Shown here: positions 16,401 to 20,110 of the stretch, piece by piece
How positions within the stretch are numbered: the stretch's first letter is position 1
Layout of the letters: the number at the start of each line of letters is the position of its first letter
Assembly: GCA_001784175.1 (NCBI GenBank)
Contig: MFPR01000013.1
Location: 62,001 to 82,110 of the forward strand
From: Candidatus Lindowbacteria bacterium RIFCSPLOWO2_12_FULL_62_27
Lineage (GTDB): Bacteria; Lindowbacteria; 2-12-FULL-62-27
Direction: 5' to 3'
Length of the DNA stretch: 20,110 nucleotides
Notes under the pieces: generated by a model
Told to the model about the DNA's origin: nothing
Databases searched by the model: none
The model's input: only the letters and a program-made list of their open reading frames with translations
Made by a program: the position numbers and the translations under genes

Positions 16401-19400
16401 CCGCCGCTGTAAACGTGTCGGTGGTGAGAGCGCCGTCCGCGGTGTCGGTCTGGACAATCGAGGTAAAGGCGCTCGTGCGCGAAATCTCAACCACGTAACT
16501 GTCGATCCCCGCGCTGTCCGTCAGCGCCGCCCACGACAGCGCCACGGCCGACGTTGTCTTCTGCGAGCCGTCCGCCGGACTCGACAGCGACACCTGGCCG
16601 ACACCCGAATCGACGAGGAACCCGCGCACGGCGGAGTTGGCGCCGGCGTTGCCGGCGTTGTCGATCGCCCGCACCCGCCAGTAGTGTGAATCTTCCGTGG
16701 CCGCCGTAAACGTGTCCGTGGTGACACCTCCGTCCACCGTGTCGGCAAATACGGTTGACGTGAAGGACGGGTTCTTCGACACCTCCACGATGTAGGAATC
16801 GATTCCTGCGCTGTCCGCCAGGGTGGCCCACGCCAACGCCACGATCGCGCTCGTCTGCTGCGAGCCGTCCGCGGGGCTTGATACTGTGACGGTCCCCGCG
16901 GCCGTGTCCAGCAAAAATCCGCGCGACGCCGAATTGGCGCCTGCGTTGCCCGCCGCGTCGATCGCACGAACGCGCCAGAAGTATGTGTCGTTGTACAACC
17001 CGCCCAAGAGTTGCGACGTCACCGACCCGTCCACCGTGTCCGTCGAGAGGATCGCCCCGAACCCCGCGCTCTTGGAAACCTCCACCACGTACGAATCGAT
17101 GCCGCTCGAGTCTCCCGTGAGCGCCGCCCAGATCGCCGTAACGGCGGCGTTGGTCTGGGTCCCGTCCGCGGGGCTCGACAGCGCCACCTGGCCGGCTGTC
17201 GTATCGAACAGGAATCCGCGCGCGGCGGAATTGGCGCCCGCATTGCCGGCGGCATCGATCGCGCGGACGCGCCAGAAGTAGGTGTCGTTGTAGAGTCCGC
17301 TCAGGAGTTGCGACGTCACCGCGCCGTCGACCGTGTCGGCCGAGATCGTCGACGTGAACGCCGAATTCTTTGATACCTCCACCACGTAGCTGTCCACGCC
17401 GCTGGAGTCGCTCGCCAGCGCGGCCCAAATCAGCGTCACCGCCGAATTTGTTTGATTGCCGTCCGCCGGACTCGACAGCGTCACTTGCCCGGCAACGGTG
17501 TCGAGCAGGAACCCGCGCGCGGCTGAATTCACGCCCACGTTTCCGATATTGTCGATGGCGCGAACACGCCAAAAGTAGGTGTCGTTGTACAGCCCGCTCA
17601 AGAGCTGTGACGTCACGGTCCCGTCTACGGTGTCCGCCGAGATCGTTACCGTGAATGCCGCGCTCTTGGAAACTTCCACCACGTACGAGTCAATCCCCAC
17701 ACTGTCCGTCAGCGCCGCCCAGATCACCGTCACCGCGCTATTTTTCTGCGCGCCGTCCGCCGGGCTTGATGCCGTCACCTGGCCCGTCCGGGTGTCCACC
17801 ACAAACCCGCGAATCGCGGAGTTGGCGCCCACGCTCCCCAAATGGTCGATCGCACGCACGCGCCAGTAGTATGAATCGTTTTCTGTCGCCGTAAACGTGT
17901 CCGTCGTAAGCCCGCCGTCCACCGTGTCGACCGTCGACGTCGTCGTAAAACCGGCGGTTCTCGATATCTCCACAACATACGAATCTATTCCAACGCTGTC
18001 GGACACCGCCAACCAGGTCAATGCCACTACTGCTGTCGTCGTCTGATTGCCGTTCGCAGGGCTCGACAATGACACCTGTCCCACGCCCGAATCGACCACG
18101 AACCCCCGCACGACCGAATTGGCGCCCACGTTGCCCGCCGCGTCGATCGCGCGGACACGCCAGTAGTACGTGTCTTCGCCGGCGGCCGAGAATGTGTCGG
18201 TGGTCACGGCGCCATCCAAAGTGTCGGCAAATACGGTGGACGTGAACGCCGAACTCTTGGAAACCTCCACCACATATGAATCGATGCCGCTGGAGTCCCC
18301 GGTCAGCGCCGCCCAGGTCAATGCCACGGTCGCGCTCGTCTGCTGAGACCCGTCGGCCGGGCTCGATGCCGTCACCTGGCCGGCGGCCGTGTCCAGCAGG
18401 AACCCGCGCGCCACAGAGTTCGCGCCGGTGTTTCCTGCGGCGTCGATTGCTCGAACGCGCCAGAAGTACGTGTCGTTGTATAACCCGCTCAAGAGTTGCG
18501 AGACAACGGCGCCGTCCACCGTGTCGGCGGAAATCGTTGACGTAAACGACGAACTCTTCGAGACCTCAACCACGTAGCTGTCGATCCCGCTCGAATCCCC
18601 GGTCGCCGCGTTCCAGATCACCGTCACCGCGGCGTTGGTTGCCTTTCCGTCCGCCGGACTCGATGCCGTCACCTGGCCGGCCGTCGTGTCCAGCAAAAAT
18701 CCGCGCACCGACGAATTGTCGCCCGTGTTTCCCGCGGCATCGATCGCGCGGACGCGCCAGAAGTATGTGTCGTTGTACAACCCGCTCAAGAGCTGCGACG
18801 TCACCGCGCCGTCGACCGTGTCTGCGGAGATCGTCGACGTGAATCCTGAACTCTTTGACACCTCAACCACGTAACTGTCGATCCCGCTCGAGTCGCCCGT
18901 CACCGCGCTCCAGATCACTGTCACACTCGAATTTGTTTGATTGCCGTCCGCCGGGCCGGATGCCGTCACCTGTGCCGGGACGCTCGTGTCCAGCAGGAAT
19001 CCGCGCACCGCAGAATTGTCGCCCGTGTTTCCCGCGGCATCGATCGCGCGGACGCGCCAGAAGTATGTGTCGTTGTACAACCCGCTCAAGAGCTGCGACG
19101 TCACCGCGCCGTCGACCGTGTCTGCGGAGATCGTCGACGTGAATCCTGAACTCTTTGACACCTCAACCACGTAACTGTCGATCCCGCTCGAGTCGCCCGT
19201 CACCGCGCTCCAGATCACTGTCACACTCGAATTTGTTTGATTGCCGTCCGCCGGGCCGGATGCCGTCACCTGTGCCGGGACGCTCGTGTCCAGCAGGAAT
19301 CCGCGCACCGCAGAGTTCGTGCCCGCGTTTCCGGCGCCGTCGACCGCGCGAACACGCCAGAAGTACGTGTCGTTATAGAGGCCGCTGAGAAGCTGCGACG

Positions 19401-20110
19401 TCACCGCGCCGTCGACCGTGTCCGCGGAGATCGTCGACGTGAATCCGGAACTCTTCGAGACCTCCACCACGTAGCTGTCGATCCCGCTCGAGTCCCCCGT
19501 TACCGCGCTCCAGATCACCGTCACCGCGCTGTTTTTCTGCGCGCCGTCCGCCGGAGTCGACGCCGTCACCTGCGCCGGGACGCCCGTGTCCAGCAGGAAT
19601 CCGCGCACCGCAGAGTTCGTGCCCGTGTTTCCGGCGCCGTCGATTGCGCGAACGCGCCAGAAGTACGTGTCGTTATAGAGGCCGCCGAGGAGCTGCGACG
19701 TCACCGCGCCGTCTACCGTGTCGGCCGAGATCGTTGACGTGAATCCCGAACTCTTTGACACCTCGACGACGTAACTGTCGATCCCGCTCGAATCCCCCGT
19801 TGCCGCGTTCCAGATCACCGTCGCCGCGCTGTTTTTCTGCGCGCCGTCCGCCGGAGCCGACGCCGTCACCTGGCCCGGAACGCCTGTGTCCAGCAGGAAT
19901 CCGCGCGCCACGGAGTTTGTCCCCGCGCTCCCTGCGCCGTCGATCGCACGGACGCGCCAGAAGTACGTGTCGTTATAGAGGCCGCTGAGGAGCTGCGACG
20001 TCACCGCGCCGTTCACCGTATCGGCCGAGATCGTCGACGTGAATCCCGAACTCTTCGAGACCTCAACCACATAACTGTCGATCCCGCTCGAGTCTCCCGT
20101 CACCGCGCTC
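10465..20110 (-). CDS. Giant repetitive secreted/surface protein (adhesin- or S-layer-like), 5' end outside the window
   Basis: Uninterrupted frame to the window edge; the GTG at 20103 is internal to a repeat. 22 FN3-like repeats (~13660-20110), DUF1565-like start and right-handed beta-helix (~12700-13640), FN3 (~12270-12600), Pro linker, Big-1-like Ig (~11940-12245), unassigned region, C-terminal FlgD-Ig/T9SS type A-like domain (~10468-10740). Confidence 0.93.
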   Translation of the reverse strand, partial: SAVTGDSSGIDSYVVEVSKSSGFTSTISADTVNGAVTSQLLSGLYNDTYFWRVRAIDGAGSAGTNSVARGFLLDTGVPGQVTASAPADGAQKNSAATVIWNAATGDSSGIDSYVVEVSKSSGFTSTISADTVDGAVTSQLLGGLYNDTYFWRVRAIDGAGNTGTNSAVRGFLLDTGVPAQVTASTPADGAQKNSAVTVIWSAVTGDSSGIDSYVVEVSKSSGFTSTISADTVDGAVTSQLLSGLYNDTYFWRVRAVDGAGNAGTNSAVRGFLLDTSVPAQVTASGPADGNQTNSSVTVIWSAVTGDSSGIDSYVVEVSKSSGFTSTISADTVDGAVTSQLLSGLYNDTYFWRVRAIDAAGNTGDNSAVRGFLLDTSVPAQVTASGPADGNQTNSSVTVIWSAVTGDSSGIDSYVVEVSKSSGFTSTISADTVDGAVTSQLLSGLYNDTYFWRVRAIDAAGNTGDNSSVRGFLLDTTAGQVTASSPADGKATNAAVTVIWNAATGDSSGIDSYVVEVSKSSSFTSTISADTVDGAVVSQLLSGLYNDTYFWRVRAIDAAGNTGANSVARGFLLDTAAGQVTASSPADGSQQTSATVALTWAALTGDSSGIDSYVVEVSKSSAFTSTVFADTLDGAVTTDTFSAAGEDTYYWRVRAIDAAGNVGANSVVRGFVVDSGVGQVSLSSPANGNQTTTAVVALTWLAVSDSVGIDSYVVEISRTAGFTTTSTVDTVDGGLTTDTFTATENDSYYWRVRAIDHLGSVGANSAIRGFVVDTRTGQVTASSPADGAQKNSAVTVIWAALTDSVGIDSYVVEVSKSAAFTVTISADTVDGTVTSQLLSGLYNDTYFWRVRAIDNIGNVGVNSAARGFLLDTVAGQVTLSSPADGNQTNSAVTLIWAALASDSSGVDSYVVEVSKNSAFTSTISADTVDGAVTSQLLSGLYNDTYFWRVRAIDAAGNAGANSAARGFLFDTTAGQVALSSPADGTQTNAAVTAIWAALTGDSSGIDSYVVEVSKSAGFGAILSTDTVDGSVTSQLLGGLYNDTYFWRVRAIDAAGNAGANSASRGFLLDTAAGTVTVSSPADGSQQTSAIVALAWATLADSAGIDSYIVEVSKNPSFTSTVFADTVDGGVTTDTFTAATEDSHYWRVRAIDNAGNAGANSAVRGFLVDSGVGQVSLSSPADGSQKTTSAVALSWAALTDSAGIDSYVVEISRTSAFTSIVQTDTADGALTTDTFTAAENDTYFWRVRAIDNLGSAGSNSAVRGFVVDTKAAQVTASSPADGSQKSTASVALTWAATADSVGIDSYVVEVSKSAAFTSTVVVDTVDGSVTSDTPAGLYNDTYYWRVRAIDQVGNTGSNSTVRGFVVDTGAGQVVLSSPADGNQTTSASVSLNWAALSDSVGLDSYVVEVSRAIGFGSIVYTNTLDAASTSDVFASTDNDTYYWRVRATDHLGNVGANSAARGFVIDTRVGQVALSQPADAHETNAASVTLGWNAPADSVGIDSFAVELSKNTAFTAMFLTDTVDGTQTTRAADGVDNDTYFWRVRATDHLGNAGVYSAVRGFMHDTRVAKPTLTSPANSTTTNNSTPAFTWTAVTDSVGIDSYALEVSSSPSFASVAFTDTVDGAVTADTSTTLVSATYYWRVRAIDDLSNVSANSDSFMVVIDTGAASVTLVAPAAGHETKAASMTFQWTGTNADTYTWQLSKSSAFGTIVDSVTDTTATSVTRAIPENDTYFWRVIGRNTLTWDTSPARGILLDTAAGQAVPSSPADGYQTATAAVALAWAAVSDSVGIDSYVVEASKTAGFSTIVFVDTTDGTNTTDTVTGLYNDTYFWRVRAIDHLGNAGANSAVRGFLVDSGAAQAVLSSPADGTQTATASVALSWLAVSDSAGIDSYAVEVSNTAAFAVVVFVDTTDGANTTDTVTGLYNDTYFWRVRAIDHLGNAGANSGARGFLVDSGAAQAVLSSPADGYQTATPSVALSWLAVSDSAGVDSYAVEVSNTAAFAAVVFVDTTDGTNTTDTVTGLYNDTYFWRVRAIDPLGNAGANSAARGFVVDTAVPQVTATAPADLMETSATTVVMTWAAVADSVGVDSYVVEASNASGFTSLVFADTVDGALTSNTRSSLAINPYYWRVRAVDNLGNVGPNSVTRLFTINSPWNGPKWYVNDGWAAGDSFTYEGGADTNGGDGSPQKPFRTIAKALSRVNTGDTVYIDAGLYAETVVIDSSNISLIGAGSDTTVIDPPGANTTSGLYGIYATGRTRLLIEGLGVTGAYHGIFFNAVSLSAVSNDSVSSCGGEGIYLSNSDTNTISACVSSFNINGIFLNGSAFNALVNNTVQSNSQHGMYLASSAEDTLTGNLIQSNNWMGVYLNASSRILLQSNRIQSNGQSGVYLLSNNSNILRHNAIRSNAQAGVVLDASDINVIAQNDITGNDTGVKINGTTSANLIGKNNIHANAVSNVTYSGAVVQSLSRNWWGSTDESAIGAKFAVAFSDFRPYRLAPVDTSAGADTTAPAAPTGVALDTSEAGYITVSWTNPSSNEETNGGTLGFAGVKIYRLTNTPDTTHWGNALVWTAGASDATWRDNTVTGQNTYYYRLTSRDGASFVNESFFTPDTKFATRIPPPPSPADTITIVSGNHQLGNPDSALSLRVRVVDTGGAGSSGARVIFKITYGVGAHLGDTGTATTTTAFADASGYVSETLVLGSAAGVYRVEARNDSATPNRAVAFTAYVDGRDISDSSWRMVAANKALITNDPAGLVNPDLGAGTLIFEWREDLGVNAGLNGVTTKFHRPLSMERGRGYWMKPATPGSQRWVIDEGTQGVAGFDTVRVSLNATGNGWNQIGSGQYFYIDWQKSVKIDTGMAGDTWVGTLDTMLSIDSAHAAGVISKILYWYDGSQYQWGPNTLTSQSGAIVTGTSTVSAVQMKPMVGFWVKALQSCTMYIFPNPAEIGAADTGNLNQAPKYGLSAKDNAWAIQIIASGDGKTDAQNYVGVMPDARAAALAAVYEPPAAAGGYVAVAVRESRGSNPKSQEGDWLAASFAEPDPKGRTWDVMVASDVDGPVTLSWDNVANLPPNYEAYLIGDPAGPVSLRQSSSLVLESKIQNPKSKIPLTLAVGLPEYVSALLSSPLAPDQTFVYPNPGPDGAGNMMFKYNLGAAGDVTIKIFDVGGRLVRELKQAGQPGSNTATWDTTNKHGQKMASGVYIYILESQGARLVDKLAIVR
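10806..10840. repeat. Heptamer tandem repeat (GGATTTT)x4 plus GGATTCT inside the giant CDS
   Basis: Read directly. It encodes ESKIQNPKSKIP and is an AT-rich island in GC-rich coding DNA. Confidence 0.95.
13660..20110 (-). repeat. Intragenic array of 22 FN3/Ig-like domains, mostly 294-300 bp each (first unit partial)
   Basis: Consensus VxxSSPADG..VxLxWxA..DSxGIDSYVVEVS...F....DTVDG..T....YNDTYFWRVRAID..GN.G.NS..RGFxxD. The WRV motif was counted 22 times. Confidence 0.95.

Noticed and set aside
39-19988. Many long plus-strand and alternate-frame ORFs (e.g. 416-1501, 3276-4718, 13099-14181, 13709-15049)
   Set aside because: They are shadows of GC-rich real genes: Arg/Ala/Pro-rich or mirroring the repeat, with no family motifs.
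20101-20103. GTG at 20103 as the start of the giant gene
   Set aside because: It lies mid-repeat, no signal peptide follows and the frame stays open to the window edge.
13660-20110. CRISPR array or diversity-generating retroelement template/variable repeats
   Set aside because: Units are ~300-bp in-frame protein domains without spacers. Differences are not adenine-specific and no cas or reverse transcriptase gene is in the window.

Overview
High-GC bacterial DNA in which every credible gene is on the minus strand. The right half (10465 to beyond 20110) is the 3' part of a giant (>3200 aa) secreted or surface protein. It contains 22 tandem ~100-aa FN3/Ig-like repeats, a right-handed beta-helix, further FN3 and Ig-like domains, an unrecognised region and a C-terminal FlgD-Ig/T9SS-type sorting-like domain. 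Directly downstream (10328 to beyond 1) is a tightly coupled nucleotide-sugar operon of 11 genes: four extended-SDR epimerase/dehydratases, a GmhA-like SIS isomerase, three DegT-family aminotransferases, a stand-alone TPP-dependent E1 alpha/beta pair and a Zn-dependent dehydrogenase. This gene set suggests an unusual C-branched or higher-carbon amino sugar. The most interesting signals are: (i) strong D-S/T dipeptide enrichment through the giant protein that stops in its last ~265 aa, suggesting dense O-glycosylation possibly fed by the adjacent operon; (ii) an in-frame heptamer repeat just before the sorting domain; (iii) REP-like hairpin elements in two intergenic gaps, one overlapping a Shine-Dalgarno. 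All functional calls come from motif recognition by eye, with no database searches.
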